A stretch of 64,000 nucleotides of DNA from an uncultured Gemmatimonadales bacterium (GCA_963695555.1 CAVOGR010000005.1:192001-256000), one strand, 5' to 3'. Positions 29,414 to 40,160 are shown, counted from the first letter of the stretch. A program made the numbers and translations. Notes: generated by a model not told the origin, from the sequence alone.

Positions 29414-30229
29414 TCATCGTCCGTGAAATTCCGGGTCGCGTTTGGAGGCAAACGCGGCGAGTCCTTCGGTCGCATCCTCACTTCTGAAACAGATCAACTG
29501 ATGTTCGGCCTCGCGCGCGAGGGCCGAGCCGAGATCGGAGTGCCGGCCGTGGTAGACCGCCTGCTTGACGAGGCTGACGGCGATGGGAGGCAAGGCCGCC
29601 AGGCGGGCCGCCCACTGGGCCGTCTCTTCAGCCAGCCGGTCGGCCGGGACCACTCGGTTTACCAGCCCGAGGTCGAGGCACCGCGCCGCCGTCACCATCT
29701 CGGTCGACCAGATGAGTTCGAGCGCTCGACTCGGACCCACCAATCGCGGCAGGAAATAGGTGCCACCCATGTCGGGATGGAGCCCGATCTTGTGGAACAC
29801 TTGTCCGATCGACGCGTCGGCGGCGGCGATCCTCAGATCGCACGCCAACGCCAGGTTGGCTCCGCCGCCGGCCGCGGGACCGTTGAGGCTCCCTAGCACA
29901 GGCTGGGGCGCCTGGCGGAGCAGCGCCACCAGCTCGCCGCCCGAGTGGACCAGGGCCATCGCGGCGTCCACATCCTGGCGCCCGAGCGCGTCTCCCATAA
30001 AGCGCACGTCCGCCCCGGCGCAAAAGGCTCGGCCCGCGCCGGTCACCACAATGGCGCGGACGCCTGGGTGATCGATGAGGCGCCGAGCGGCATCGACCAT
30101 TTCTTCGCGCATGATACCGTCGAACGCGTTGAGGCGCTCCGGGCGATTGAGCAGGAGCGTCCCGACACCGCTCCCGACCTGTGCCGTCACAAACTGGTGG
30201 CTGCCCAACGTGACGGGGCGGTCAGGCAT
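29414..30229 (-). CDS. Enoyl-CoA hydratase/isomerase (PaaG-like)
   Basis: [37 protein letters not shown] (Asp-type isomerase motif). Confidence 0.85.
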   Translation of the reverse strand: MPDRPVTLGSHQFVTAQVGSGVGTLLLNRPERLNAFDGIMREEMVDAARRLIDHPGVRAIVVTGAGRAFCAGADVRFMGDALGRQDVDAAMALVHSGGELVALLRQAPQPVLGSLNGPAAGGGANLALACDLRIAAADASIGQVFHKIGLHPDMGGTYFLPRLVGPSRALELIWSTEMVTAARCLDLGLVNRVVPADRLAEETAQWAARLAALPPIAVSLVKQAVYHGRHSDLGSALAREAEHQLICFRSEDATEGLAAFASKRDPEFHGR

Positions 30230-31424
30230 CGTCCATCCGTTCGATGATCATGGCCATGCCCTGTCCCACTCCGATGCACAGGGTGACGAGCCCGTAACGG
30301 CCACCGACACGACGGAGCCCAAACACCAGCGTCGTCAGCAGCTTGGCGCCGGTCGCACCGAGCGGGTGGCCCAGCGCGATGGCGCCGCCCGATACGTTGA
30401 CGCGCGCCGGATCGAGGCTCAGGTCACGGATGCAGGGAAGAGCCTGGGCCGCGAAGGCTTCATTGAGCTCGATCAGGTCGAGGTCCTCGACCCGAAGCCC
30501 AGCGCGTGCCAACGCCTTCCGCGTGGCCGGCACGGGCCCCAGTCCCATACAGCTCGGGTCGAGACCGGCCACCGCGGTCGTGACGATCCGGGCCAGCGGC
30601 GGAACGCCCGCTCGCCCGGCTGCGGCTTCGCTCATCACGACAAGCGCCGCGGCTCCATCGTTGATGCCACTCGAGTTCCCGGCCGTGACGGTGCCGCCCT
30701 CCTGAAACGCCGGCCGGAGCTTCGCCAGCTGCTCCGCGGTAACGTCTGGTCGGGGGTGCTCATCCACCAGGACCCTCGTTGTTGCGCCTTTCCTTCCGGG
30801 CACTTCCACCGCGACCAGTTCCTGGTCGAAGTGCCCCGCGGCCATGGCCGCCTGCGCGCGGCGTTGGCTTTCGAGCGCGAACGCGTCCTGGTCCTCCCGG
30901 GTCACGCTGTGCATCGCGGCAACACGCTCCGCGGTCTGCCCCAAGGAGATCGTCCAGTCAGGATTCATCCTGGGGTTCACGAACCGCCACCCGATGGTCG
31001 AGTCGGCCACCGACGGCGTGGCGCGGCCCCATGGTTGGTCGCTCTTGAGCATCACGTAGGGCGCCCTGGTCATGCTCTCGACGCCACCCGCAATGAAGAC
31101 GTCGCCCTCATTTGATCGAATTGCCTGGGCGGCACTGGCCACGGCCTGCAAGCCGGAGGCGCACAGGCGGTTGATGGTCTGCCCCGGCACCTCAACGGGT
31201 AGTCCGGCCAGGAGGGCCGCCATCCGTGCCACGTTCCGGTTGTCTTCGCCGGCCTGGTTGGTGCAGCCCAGAATGACGTCATCGATCTGGTCGACGGGCA
31301 ACGCGGAGCGGTCAACAACCGCGCGCACGACGTGACTTGCCAAGTCGTCCGCACGGACCGAGGCGAGCGCGCCGCCGGCCCGCCCCACGGGTGTCCGTAC
31401 CGCCGCCGTGATGAAGGCCTCCAT
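30222..31424 (-). CDS. Thiolase (PaaJ/PcaF, 3-oxoadipyl-CoA thiolase-like)
   Basis: [41 protein letters not shown]. Confidence 0.92.
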   Translation of the reverse strand: MEAFITAAVRTPVGRAGGALASVRADDLASHVVRAVVDRSALPVDQIDDVILGCTNQAGEDNRNVARMAALLAGLPVEVPGQTINRLCASGLQAVASAAQAIRSNEGDVFIAGGVESMTRAPYVMLKSDQPWGRATPSVADSTIGWRFVNPRMNPDWTISLGQTAERVAAMHSVTREDQDAFALESQRRAQAAMAAGHFDQELVAVEVPGRKGATTRVLVDEHPRPDVTAEQLAKLRPAFQEGGTVTAGNSSGINDGAAALVVMSEAAAGRAGVPPLARIVTTAVAGLDPSCMGLGPVPATRKALARAGLRVEDLDLIELNEAFAAQALPCIRDLSLDPARVNVSGGAIALGHPLGATGAKLLTTLVFGLRRVGGRYGLVTLCIGVGQGMAMIIERMDDA

Positions 31425-31451
31425 GCCGTGGCTCCTATCCGCAACGGCCGG

Positions 31452-32886
31452 TCATAACCCGACCCAGACCGTCTTCAACTCGGTGTAGTTGGTGAGGGCC
31501 TCGCGGCCGAGATCGCGGCCGAAGCCCGACTGCTTGTACCCGCCGAACGAAGCCGCGGGATCGTAGGCATTGTAGGTGTTGATCCAGACCGTCCCGGCTC
31601 GAAGCGCGGCGGCAACGCGGTGGGCCTTGGACACGTCACGGGTCCAGATGCCGGCCGCGAGCCCATACATCGATTGGTTGGCGAGCGCGACGGCTTCCTC
31701 CAGGTCATCGAACGCCATCACGGCCAGCACCGGACCGAAGATCTCGTCCCGCGCGATGGTCATGTCCGGGGTAACGGCATCGAACACGGTGGCCTCGACG
31801 AAGTATCCCTTGTCGTTGACTCGCGCAGAGTTTCCGCCCGCCACCAGCGTCGCGCCTTCCGACGTGCCTTGGCGGATGTAGTCGAGCACCCGGGTCTGTT
31901 GCGCGTGGGACACGATCGCCCCGAGCCGGGTCTCCTTCGCGAATGGATCACCGGGCACCAGTTTCTTGGCCCGTGCGGCCAACTCCTCCACCACCTGGTC
32001 CTTGACGGCGCGCTCGACGAGAAGGCGACTCCCGGCCGCGCAGACCTCGCCCTTGCCGTAGAAGATGCCGGTCTGGGCGCCCCGGATAGCCGCCTTCATG
32101 TCGGCGTCGGCGAAGATGAGGTTTGGGCTCTTGCCGCCCAGCTCCAGGGTCACCCGCTTCAGGGAGTCGGCGGCTTCGCGCATGATGGTGCGCCCCACCT
32201 CGGTCGAGCCGGTGAACGCGATCTTGTCGACGCCGGGGTGGCGAACCAAGGCAGCGCCGGCGGTTGGTCCAAATCCGGGCACCACATTGAGCGCCCCCGC
32301 CGGGAGGCCCGCCTCGCGAAGGAGTTCGGCCAGCACGAGTGCCGTGAGCGGGGTCTCCTCCGCCGGCTTGAGCACCACCGTGCACCCCGCCGCGATGCGC
32401 TGGGGCCACCTTCCAACTCGCCAGGTTGAGCGGGAAGTTCCACGGGACGATGGCACCGACCACGCCGACCGGCTCACGCAGGGTGTAGGTCAAATACGGC
32501 CCTTCGACCGGGATCGTCTCGCCCGTTATCTTGTCCGCCCACCCTGCGTAATACCGGAGCGTCTCGACGGTCATGGCGACGTCGATCTTCGACTCGAACA
32601 GCGGTTTGCCGTTCTGGAGCGTCTCGAGCCGGGCGATGTCGTCCAGGCTCGATTCCATCAAACTCGCGGCCCGGTACAGGATCGCCCCACGTTTGCGGCC
32701 GGAGAGTGTCTGCCAGTCGTCGGATTCGAAACACCGGCGGGACGACGCGACGGCGGCATCGATGTCGGGGGCATCGCCCTCCGCCACGCTGGCGAGGATC
32801 TCCTCCGTCGCCGGGTTGATGACGTCGAACCGCGCGCCGCCCGCCGCGGCCGAGAACGCGTTGTCGATGAAGATGTCGGTATGCAT
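31452..32886 (-). CDS. Aldehyde dehydrogenase, interrupted by a +1 frameshift near 32397 (likely artefact; ~477 aa if corrected)
   Basis: N-half (..IVPWNFP..WKVAPA) and C-half (IAAGCTVVLKP, LELGGKSP, EIFGPV) lie in adjacent frames; the junction reads gcg-C-atc. Confidence 0.85.
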
Positions 32887-33716
32887 TACACGGCTTTGAA
32901 CGTCGCCATGCGCTTCTCCACGTACGCGGCCAGCCCTTCCTTTGCGTCTTGCGATTGGAAGAGCTGCTGTTGGAGTTCGCGCTCGATACTCAACCCGCTC
33001 TCGAACGGCACTTCCGCACCGGACTGGACGGCGCGCTTGATCAGGCCGACGGCCTTCGATGCCTTGTTTGGCGGGCAGAATTGCTTGGCGTACATGAGGA
33101 CGTCGTCCCAGAAGGTGTCCTTCTCGAATACCTTGTTGACGATGCCCAGTTCCTCGGCCCGCTCGAACGAGAACGTCTCGCCGGTGGCCATGAGCTCAAT
33201 GGCGCGGGACTTGCCGACGATGCGGCAGAGCCGTTGGGTGCCGCCGGTGCCCGGCAAGACGCCCAGATTGACTTCGGGCAGGCCGATCTTCCCGGCATCC
33301 CGCCGCCCCAGCCGGAAGTCGCACGCCATGGCGATCTCGAGGCCCCCGCCGACCGTGTGTCCGTTGAGCGCGGCGATGGTCAGTTTGGGAGTCTGCTCGA
33401 GTCGGTTCAACGTCTCGTTAGCGTGTAGGCAGAAGTAATACTTGAACTTGGGCGTCACGCTGTTGAGCATGCCGATGTTGGCGCCGGCGGAAAAGAACTT
33501 ATTGCCCTCGCCGCGGAGGATGATCACATGGGCTTCGTCCGCCATGCGGGCATCGAGAATGGCCCGGTCGAGCTGCCGCATCATCTCGTAGGTGTAGGTG
33601 TTGGCCGGTGGATCGTTGAGCGTAATGATCGCGAGTCCATCGGTTACTTCGTAGTTGACCAAGACCTGGTCGGTCGGCGCTGGCGCACCTGGACGCTGGG
33701 TTACTGAAGTTGCCAA
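32886..33716 (-). CDS. Crotonase-family protein (candidate ring-opening hydrolase)
   Basis: FFSAGANI, GGGLEIAMACD, LPEVNLGVLPGTGG; TTG start. Confidence 0.85.
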   Translation of the reverse strand: MATSVTQRPGAPAPTDQVLVNYEVTDGLAIITLNDPPANTYTYEMMRQLDRAILDARMADEAHVIILRGEGNKFFSAGANIGMLNSVTPKFKYYFCLHANETLNRLEQTPKLTIAALNGHTVGGGLEIAMACDFRLGRRDAGKIGLPEVNLGVLPGTGGTQRLCRIVGKSRAIELMATGETFSFERAEELGIVNKVFEKDTFWDDVLMYAKQFCPPNKASKAVGLIKRAVQSGAEVPFESGLSIERELQQQLFQSQDAKEGLAAYVEKRMATFKAV

Positions 33717-33721
33717 GGGGA

Positions 33722-34330
33722 TTATCCTCCGTGCGAGGCGGCCAACGGTTGGGCCGCGTGGGATACAGGCTGCAGATACCCGTCGAGAAAGAGTCGGGCG
33801 ATCTCATCGGCCAAGTGTGCCGGCGGGATTTCGCCGCCGGGACGGTACCACGTGTAAATCCAATTCATCATGCCGAACAGCGCGTAGGCGGCAATTTGCG
33901 GGCTGACGTTCGGGACGTCGACCTTTTCGAGCAGCCCCGTCAGAAAGGCCACGTACTCCCGCTTGCGGGCGCGGATGGCGGTGGCCATGGTGCCGGTAAG
34001 CTCTTCGGCCTCGTGCGACAGCACTTTCATCTCCGGCATGTGGCCTGTGAAGAAGCCGACGTGATGCCGGACGAACGCGCCGAGGCGGGCCTCGGGGTCT
34101 GCTTCCTGAGCCACAGCCTCGCGGGCACCGCGGATGACGTCGGCGAAGCACCGCTCCTGAATGAGGAACAGCAGCTCGTGCTTGCTCTCGACGTAATGGT
34201 AGATGCCCGACAGGCTGAGCCCGGAGGCGCGCGAGAGGTCTCGCATGGACGTGCCGTGGAACCCGCGTTCCGCGAAGATCCGCGCTGCATCGGCCAGCAG
34301 GGTGTCGAGGCGATTGTCAGCAGTGGGCAA
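33722..34330 (-). CDS. TetR family regulator (PaaR/KstR2-like)
   Basis: N-terminal HTH A..FAERGFHGTSMRDL...G.IYHY..SK; C-terminal GMMNWIYTWYRP. Confidence 0.9.
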   Translation of the reverse strand: MPTADNRLDTLLADAARIFAERGFHGTSMRDLSRASGLSLSGIYHYVESKHELLFLIQERCFADVIRGAREAVAQEADPEARLGAFVRHHVGFFTGHMPEMKVLSHEAEELTGTMATAIRARKREYVAFLTGLLEKVDVPNVSPQIAAYALFGMMNWIYTWYRPGGEIPPAHLADEIARLFLDGYLQPVSHAAQPLAASHGG

Positions 34331-34337
34331 GGGCCGT

Positions 34338-34353
34338 CCGAACGTTCGTTCGG
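34338..34353. promoter_or_regulatory. Palindromic TetR operator CCGAACG-TT-CGTTCGG
   Basis: Perfect 7-2-7 palindrome 8 bp upstream of the tetR start, overlapping the predicted transcription start. Confidence 0.75.
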
Positions 34354-34357
34354 TCTG

Positions 34358-34386
34358 AACCTAGTCCTGCAACTCCAACCCGTCAA
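34358..34386 (-). promoter_or_regulatory. Putative sigma70 promoter of the tetR-led catabolic operon
   Basis: Minus strand TTGACG-17 bp-TAGGTT. Confidence 0.65.
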
Positions 34387-34428
34387 GCGGCTTAACATTC
34401 GCCCTCCCACAACGTCACCTTACCGAAC

Positions 34429-34977
34429 ATGACCGCCCTCCCCGGACCGGATTCGGCCACGGACGCGGCCCTGATCGAAGCCTATCGGGCGGGGAGCGAG
34501 CCGGCCGCGAGCGAGTTGGTCTCCCGGCATGCCCCTGCGGTCGGGCGGTTCCTGTACAGCGCCGGGGCGGCGGCCAGCGATGTCGAGGACCTGGCCCAGG
34601 AGGCATTCTTCCGCGCGTTCCGGCGGTTGGACACCTGGCGGGGTGACGCGTCGTTCCGGAGCTGGTTGTTTTCGATTGCACGGAACCTCCTCAAGGACGA
34701 GTTTCGGAAGCGGCGAGGACGGCGCGTGCTCTCGATCGAGGACCGCGATGTGCCCGACCGCGACGACCCGGCGGGAGAAGTCGAAGCCCAGGAAGCGGCC
34801 GATCAGCTGCGACGGGGTCTGATGGACCTACCGCGGCTTCAGCGGGAAGTGTTCCTCCTGCGGGTGCAAGAGGGTGGAAGCTATGACGAGATCGCTGCGG
34901 TACTGGACACGACACCGGGGGCGGCGCGGGTTCATTATCATCATGCCGTCAAACGGCTGAAGGAGCTGCTGTCATGA
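34429..34977 (+). CDS. ECF RNA polymerase sigma factor
   Basis: EDLAQEAF.RA, FRSWLFSIARN, LP..QREVF.LR...G.SYDEIA. Confidence 0.92.
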   Translation: MTALPGPDSATDAALIEAYRAGSEPAASELVSRHAPAVGRFLYSAGAAASDVEDLAQEAFFRAFRRLDTWRGDASFRSWLFSIARNLLKDEFRKRRGRRVLSIEDRDVPDRDDPAGEVEAQEAADQLRRGLMDLPRLQREVFLLRVQEGGSYDEIAAVLDTTPGAARVHYHHAVKRLKELLS

Positions 34978-35498
34978 CCGAGCCACCCTGCATGCGACTG
35001 TCGGAGCGAATCCCCGAGGTGGCCAGGGGACGAGCCGACTGGTTGGCCGGCGAGGCCGAGCACTTGTCCGCGTGCGCGGCATGCCGGGCGGAGTGGCAGC
35101 TGGCCCAGACCGCACAGCGCTTGGCGCGTCGCGCCGAGGCGTTGATCGATCCCGATCGGGTCGCGGACGGTGTCATGCGGAGGCTCGCTGAGTCACCGGC
35201 CCGCGGGATCGGCCGGCGGCTCCGGTGGGTCGGGGTCACGGTGGCCGCGGCGGCGGCCATCCTGCTCGTCGTTCGGGTCACGTCCACCCCGGGACCCGAT
35301 ACGGTGCCCGTGGTCGCGAGTACGCCGCCGGATGGCCTTTTTCTCCCGGGCTTGGACAGCCTGACCGTCGAGGAGCTGGAAAACGTGCTGGTGTCGATCG
35401 ACCAGCCCATCGCGGCCGTGTCGACGATCGACGCATATGAGTGGCAGTCCTTGGACGACCACGAGCTGGAGCGCTTATTGCGCGAGTGGGAGGGTTGA
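34974..35498 (+). CDS. Zinc-binding membrane anti-sigma factor
   Basis: HLSACAAC (HxxxCxxC) motif and one TM segment; coupled to the sigma gene. Confidence 0.8.
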   Translation: MTEPPCMRLSERIPEVARGRADWLAGEAEHLSACAACRAEWQLAQTAQRLARRAEALIDPDRVADGVMRRLAESPARGIGRRLRWVGVTVAAAAAILLVVRVTSTPGPDTVPVVASTPPDGLFLPGLDSLTVEELENVLVSIDQPIAAVSTIDAYEWQSLDDHELERLLREWEG

Positions 35499-35499
35499 G

Positions 35500-35988
35500 A
35501 TGCGGTGGTTGATCGTAATTCTAGGCGTGAGCACTGGCATGATGGCCGGAACGACTCAGGGTGCGGCCCAGCAGGGGGTTCGGCCGGGAGCCCAGCGCGC
35601 GCAGATGATCCAGACGATCGAGCGTCGCTTCTGGGCCCGTGTGGTGGAGGACCTAGGCCTGAACAACGACCAGGCCACCCGCCTCCGGGCGACCGTGCGT
35701 GACTATTCGCAGCGACGGCGCGAGCTCGAGCGCCGGGAGGGGGAACTCAAGCAGGCCCTCGCTCGCCAACTCCGACCCGGCATTGCAGCCGATCAGGACA
35801 GCGTTGCGAAGTTGACGAATGCTTTTCTCGACATCAGAGTCGAGTATGCCCAATCGTTCCGCGACGAGCATCGTGACGTCGGCTCGTACCTGAACCCGGT
35901 GCAACAAGCGCAACTGCTCGTGGTACGCGAGCGACTGATGCAGCGCATCCGGGCCATTCAACAGGAACGCGTCGGCCAGGAGCAATAG
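35500..35988 (+). CDS. Periplasmic Spy/CpxP-like helical protein
   Basis: Signal peptide; LGL..DQ and L.P.QQ (LTxxQ-like) motifs; third gene of the ECF cassette. Confidence 0.65.
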   Translation: MRWLIVILGVSTGMMAGTTQGAAQQGVRPGAQRAQMIQTIERRFWARVVEDLGLNNDQATRLRATVRDYSQRRRELERREGELKQALARQLRPGIAADQDSVAKLTNAFLDIRVEYAQSFRDEHRDVGSYLNPVQQAQLLVVRERLMQRIRAIQQERVGQEQ

Positions 35989-36074
35989 GGCCGGCCCGCG
36001 CCCCCCTTTCGACACTACCGGACCCCCGGGGCGGCCGCTAGGTTACGCAGTATCCTTCGCGAAGGAGCGAATGC

Positions 36075-37391
36075 ATGCTGCGCCTGGCGGGGCTGGCAGG
36101 ACTTCTCCTCTCGTCCATCGCCCACCCCCTGGCAGGACAAGAGGTCGTCTACCGCATCCCGATCACCGGCACCATCGAAAACGGTTTGGCTCCCTATGTT
36201 GCCCGCGCGATCCGAGAGGCCGCCGCGGCGCGTGTCGCGCTGGTATACCTCGACATCGACACGCCGGGCGGTCGCGTCGACGCGGCGGAGCGGATAGCAG
36301 ACGCCATCCGCAAGACCGACCTCGACGTCGTTGCCTTCGTCAATCCGCGGGCCTATAGCGCTGGTGCCTTGATCGCGTTGGCGAGCGACGGGATCTATAT
36401 GCGACCGGGCGGAGTCATTGGCGCCGCGACACCGGTGGACGGCGGCGGCACCAAGGCGCCGGAGAAGTACGTGTCCGCCATGCGGGCCGAGTTTCGTGCG
36501 TTGGCGGAGGAGCAAGGGCTCGACCCACGAGTGGCGGAAGCCATGGTGGACGAATCGATCGAGATTCCAGGCGTCGTGCCCGCGGGCAAACTCCTGACCT
36601 TGAGCACCGGCGAAGCCATCGAACTCGGATTCGCCAAGGGCGAAGTTGCGGATGAACGGGCGCTGCTCTCGACGCTCGGACTCACCGGGGCGCAGGTGGT
36701 AACCCCATCCATCAATTGGGCCGAGAGCCTAGTGCGCTTTCTGACTAATCCCGTCGTCGCCCCGCTCCTCCTTTCCCTCGGCATGCTCGGTTTGGTGCTG
36801 GAGATCAAGGCGGGTGCCTTCGGGCTGGGTGGGCTCGTGAGCCTCGGCGCGCTTGGTCTGTTCTTCGGATCGAACCTGCTCCTCGGCCTGGCGGGCTGGG
36901 AAGAGCTGATTGTCTTGGCAGCGGGTGTCATCGCGCTCGCCGTCGAGGTCTTCATCATTCCGGGCTTCGGCATCGCCGGGGTCCTTGGCCTCCTGCTCAT
37001 AGGATCTTCCGTGGTCATGGCCATGCTGGGCAACGTGCCGACCTTTGGCGACGTCACCACGGCGGTCGCCGTGCTCGGCTCGGCGGTAGTCATCACATTG
37101 GCGGTGTTCTACGCCTGGTTCCGTCACCTGCCGAGCAGCAACCGATTCAAGGGGCTTCTGCTCAAAGGCGGCCTGGATCGCGAGGGCGGGTTCATCTCTG
37201 CGCCGGAGCGGAAAGAGCTGATCGGGCAAATTGCCGTGTCGACAACCGATCTCCGGCCGGCGGGCACCGCGCGCGTCGGTGACGAACGAATCGACGTGGT
37301 CACCGAAGGCGATTTCATCGCCTCGGGAAGCAGGGTGCAGATCTTACGAGCGGAGGGCTACCGGCTCGTCGTCCGCCAAGCAGCCGACTGA
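36075..37391 (+). CDS. NfeD family membrane protein with ClpP-like N-domain (YqeZ-like)
   Basis: IDTPGG, AYSAGALIALA, C-terminal TDLRPAG..DVVTEG OB domain. Confidence 0.9.
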   Translation: MLRLAGLAGLLLSSIAHPLAGQEVVYRIPITGTIENGLAPYVARAIREAAAARVALVYLDIDTPGGRVDAAERIADAIRKTDLDVVAFVNPRAYSAGALIALASDGIYMRPGGVIGAATPVDGGGTKAPEKYVSAMRAEFRALAEEQGLDPRVAEAMVDESIEIPGVVPAGKLLTLSTGEAIELGFAKGEVADERALLSTLGLTGAQVVTPSINWAESLVRFLTNPVVAPLLLSLGMLGLVLEIKAGAFGLGGLVSLGALGLFFGSNLLLGLAGWEELIVLAAGVIALAVEVFIIPGFGIAGVLGLLLIGSSVVMAMLGNVPTFGDVTTAVAVLGSAVVITLAVFYAWFRHLPSSNRFKGLLLKGGLDREGGFISAPERKELIGQIAVSTTDLRPAGTARVGDERIDVVTEGDFIASGSRVQILRAEGYRLVVRQAAD

Positions 37392-37424
37392 GGCGCTTAC
37401 CTCACCAGCTAGTGGAGTGTTGAC

Positions 37425-38432
37425 GTGCAAGATTTCTCGCAATTGGGTCCGGCGTTGTTCTTCCTGATGGTCTTCTTCGGGATCGTATTCCTCTTCATAC
37501 TGTTCCGGTTCATCCCGGTCGGGCTCTGGATCACGGCGTGGGCATCGGGTGTTCGCGTCAATTTCGGCACCCTCGTCGGGATGCGGCTCCGGAAAGTCGT
37601 GCCGAGTGCCATCGTGGGCCCGCTCATCGCGGCGCATAAGGCCGGCCTCCACCTCCCTGTCAATTCGCTCGAGGGCCACTACCTGGCCGGCGGCAGCGTC
37701 GACCGGGTGGTGCGGGCTCTCATCTCGGCGGACAAGGCGGGAATCCCGCTGGATCTCAAGCAGGCGACGGCCATCGATCTTGCCGGGCGTGACGTGTTCG
37801 AGGCGGTGCAGGTAAGTGTGAACCCCAAAGTAATCACCACGCCCAAGGTGGCCGCGATGGCCAAGGACGGCATTCAGCTGCTGGCCATGGCGCGGGTCAC
37901 GGTTCGGGCCAACATCAACCGGTTGGTCGGTGGGGCGGGGGAAGAAACAATTCTGGCGCGGGTCGGCGAGGGCATCGTCAGCACCATCGGATCCTCGCCC
38001 AGCCACAAGTCCGTGCTCGAGAATCCCGACAGCATCTCGACCACCGTCCTCGCCAAGGGGCTCGACGCGGGCACGGCGTTCGAGATCTTGTCGATCGACG
38101 TGGCCGACGTGGACGTCGGGAAGAACATCGGCGCCGAGCTCCAGACCGACCAGGCCGAGGCCGACAAGCGCATTGCGCAGGCCAAGGCGGAAGAGCGGCG
38201 CGCGCTGGCTGTGGCCATGGAGCAGGAATTCATCGCTGAGGCCCAGCGGCAGCGAGCCAAGGTCATCGAGGCGGAAGCGCAGGTGCCGCTGGCCGTGGCG
38301 GAGGCCTTCCGCAGCGGGCAGCTCGGGATCATGGACTACCAGCGGTATCTCAATATCCAGGCGGACACCGGCATGCGGCGGTCGATCGCGGGCGAAAGCG
38401 GTAGCTCAGGGGCCGGAAAGAAGGACGCGTAG
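37425..38432 (+). CDS. floA: Flotillin-like protein FloA (YqfA)
   Basis: [37 protein letters not shown] motifs. Confidence 0.92.
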   Translation: MQDFSQLGPALFFLMVFFGIVFLFILFRFIPVGLWITAWASGVRVNFGTLVGMRLRKVVPSAIVGPLIAAHKAGLHLPVNSLEGHYLAGGSVDRVVRALISADKAGIPLDLKQATAIDLAGRDVFEAVQVSVNPKVITTPKVAAMAKDGIQLLAMARVTVRANINRLVGGAGEETILARVGEGIVSTIGSSPSHKSVLENPDSISTTVLAKGLDAGTAFEILSIDVADVDVGKNIGAELQTDQAEADKRIAQAKAEERRALAVAMEQEFIAEAQRQRAKVIEAEAQVPLAVAEAFRSGQLGIMDYQRYLNIQADTGMRRSIAGESGSSGAGKKDA

Positions 38433-38434
38433 GG

Positions 38435-39091
38435 ATGGAAGACTTCGGCCCTCTGGTCTGGATCGCGATCATCTGGTTCTTCGCGACCTTCCTCTCGTCG
38501 CAGAAGAGGAAGAAGCAGCGCGCCGAGCAGGCGCGCCGCCAAGCGCAGGCTCGGACCATACCGCCTCCAGCCACTCCCAAGCCGACCGGGGTCGCGAGGC
38601 GCGGTGGTCATCCTGCCGGGCCGGTGCCGGGTCGCCCCGATGCGACCCAGCGCGAAGGCACGACGATCGAGCGGATGCTCCGCCAGCTTGGGGCGGACAT
38701 GGAACAGCTCGAAGGCGACCAGCGGGGGCCCATGGGGCGGGATGCTCGGGTGGAACTCCCCGCCGCCGAGGAGGTGGAGGATCTGGAGGTCCTCGACCTG
38801 CCGGTGGACCGTGGGGAGCGGACACCGGCAGCGCGAGAGATTCGGGCCGTGGTGGATCACGATGAGGAAGCGGAAGCCTTGCTCGAGCGCCGACTCGCCG
38901 TGTTCGAAGAACATAACCGTCCACGTACCATGGCGGACCATCGCGCGTTCGACGCCAGGATACGGCCCGCGCCGGCCGCGATCCTGAAGAAGACTCCCCG
39001 CTTCACTGCTGACCAGATTCGCCAGGCCATCATCTGGCGGGAGATAATCGGCCCGCCACATGCCCTGCGTGACACGCCTGATTGGTCATAG
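38435..39091 (+). CDS. YqfB-like hypothetical protein (N-terminal TM)
   Basis: Third gene after nfeD-floA; C-terminal RQAIIWREIIGPP motif. Confidence 0.7.
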   Translation: MEDFGPLVWIAIIWFFATFLSSQKRKKQRAEQARRQAQARTIPPPATPKPTGVARRGGHPAGPVPGRPDATQREGTTIERMLRQLGADMEQLEGDQRGPMGRDARVELPAAEEVEDLEVLDLPVDRGERTPAAREIRAVVDHDEEAEALLERRLAVFEEHNRPRTMADHRAFDARIRPAPAAILKKTPRFTADQIRQAIIWREIIGPPHALRDTPDWS

Positions 39092-39151
39092 AGGTGCGTT
39101 GGGTACCAGCCCATCGGCGTCGGTCATGAACTGATGGTCAGGAAGGTCCGG

Positions 39152-39200
39152 ACTCCTTACTCCTTACTGTACTGTCCCCACTCCTTACTCCCTACTCCCT
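39152..39200 (-). repeat. G-rich heptamer arm overlapping the carH-like stop codon
   Basis: Minus strand agggagt agggagt aaggagt ... aaggagt aaggagt. Confidence 0.8.
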
Positions 39201-40154
39201 CTTCCCTTCATTGTAGTCCCGCAGGAACTGCCTGAGTTCGCTCAGGCTTCCAAAGGGAGTGATGCCGAGCCGCTCGAAGTCTCGTGCGACTGGGGCCGCT
39301 CCGCTCCCACCGACGACAATCGTAGCACGTCCGCCGAGTTCCTTCTTCAAGGCCGCCGCATCCTCGAGGAGGCGGCGCGACTCGATCGGAAAGACTGAGC
39401 TCAGGGCGAGGACGTCGGCTTCCAATGACTTGGCCGCGCGCGCGATGTCGAGCGGCGGGAGATCCGCTCCGAGATAGGTCACCTGCCACCCCTCGGCGGC
39501 CGCCGTCCCCGCGGCCAGCATCGCGCCGAACTCATGCCGGTCGCCCGACATGGTGGCGACCACAAACCGTCGGGCGCTCCGCGAAGGCCGGTAGGCTTCC
39601 CGCGTCCAGGTGAGTACCTGGTGGATGACAGCGGAGGCGGCATGCTCATGAGCCGGCGTGAGGGTACCGGCATGCCAGCTCTCGCCGATGTAGCGGAGCA
39701 GCGGCGTCACGACTTCCTCGATCAGCCCGGTGGCGCCCAGGGTCATGGCCGCCTGCCGCAGCGTCAGGTGCAGGCGGGCGGTGTCGAGCTTCTCGATGGC
39801 CTCTTCAGCCCGGTCGACGAAGCCCGCCGCCGCGCGACCATTCTGCCCTGCGTTGAGTGAGGGCGCGACTGCCTGGCGGGCCCGGTCATCGGCCTCAATC
39901 AGGTCCCGCAATTCGTCGTTGGACGCTCCGGCCACCCGGCTGATCGAGCGACCGCCCAGGCTGGCGCGGTGCAACAAGTCCAACCGTTCGATGTCGGCGT
40001 CCGAGTAGAGCCGCTGCCCGCCATCACTGCGGCCGGGCTCCACCACCGCGTACCGCCGTTCCCAGACCCGGAGCAGGTCAGGACTCAGGCCGGTCCGAAG
40101 GGCGACGACCCGTATTGGGTGACGTGGCTCGGAGAAATCATGATCATTTGACAT
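39192..40154 (-). CDS. CarH/LitR-like MerR-family B12-binding (photo)regulator
   Basis: MerR HTH (LRVWERRY, R.YS..D); W-x9-EH motif (WHAGTLTPAHEH); DRHEFG cobalamin-binding motif. Confidence 0.88.
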   Translation of the reverse strand: MSNDHDFSEPRHPIRVVALRTGLSPDLLRVWERRYAVVEPGRSDGGQRLYSDADIERLDLLHRASLGGRSISRVAGASNDELRDLIEADDRARQAVAPSLNAGQNGRAAAGFVDRAEEAIEKLDTARLHLTLRQAAMTLGATGLIEEVVTPLLRYIGESWHAGTLTPAHEHAASAVIHQVLTWTREAYRPSRSARRFVVATMSGDRHEFGAMLAAGTAAAEGWQVTYLGADLPPLDIARAAKSLEADVLALSSVFPIESRRLLEDAAALKKELGGRATIVVGGSGAAPVARDFERLGITPFGSLSELRQFLRDYNEGKRE

Positions 40155-40160
40155 GAAATC

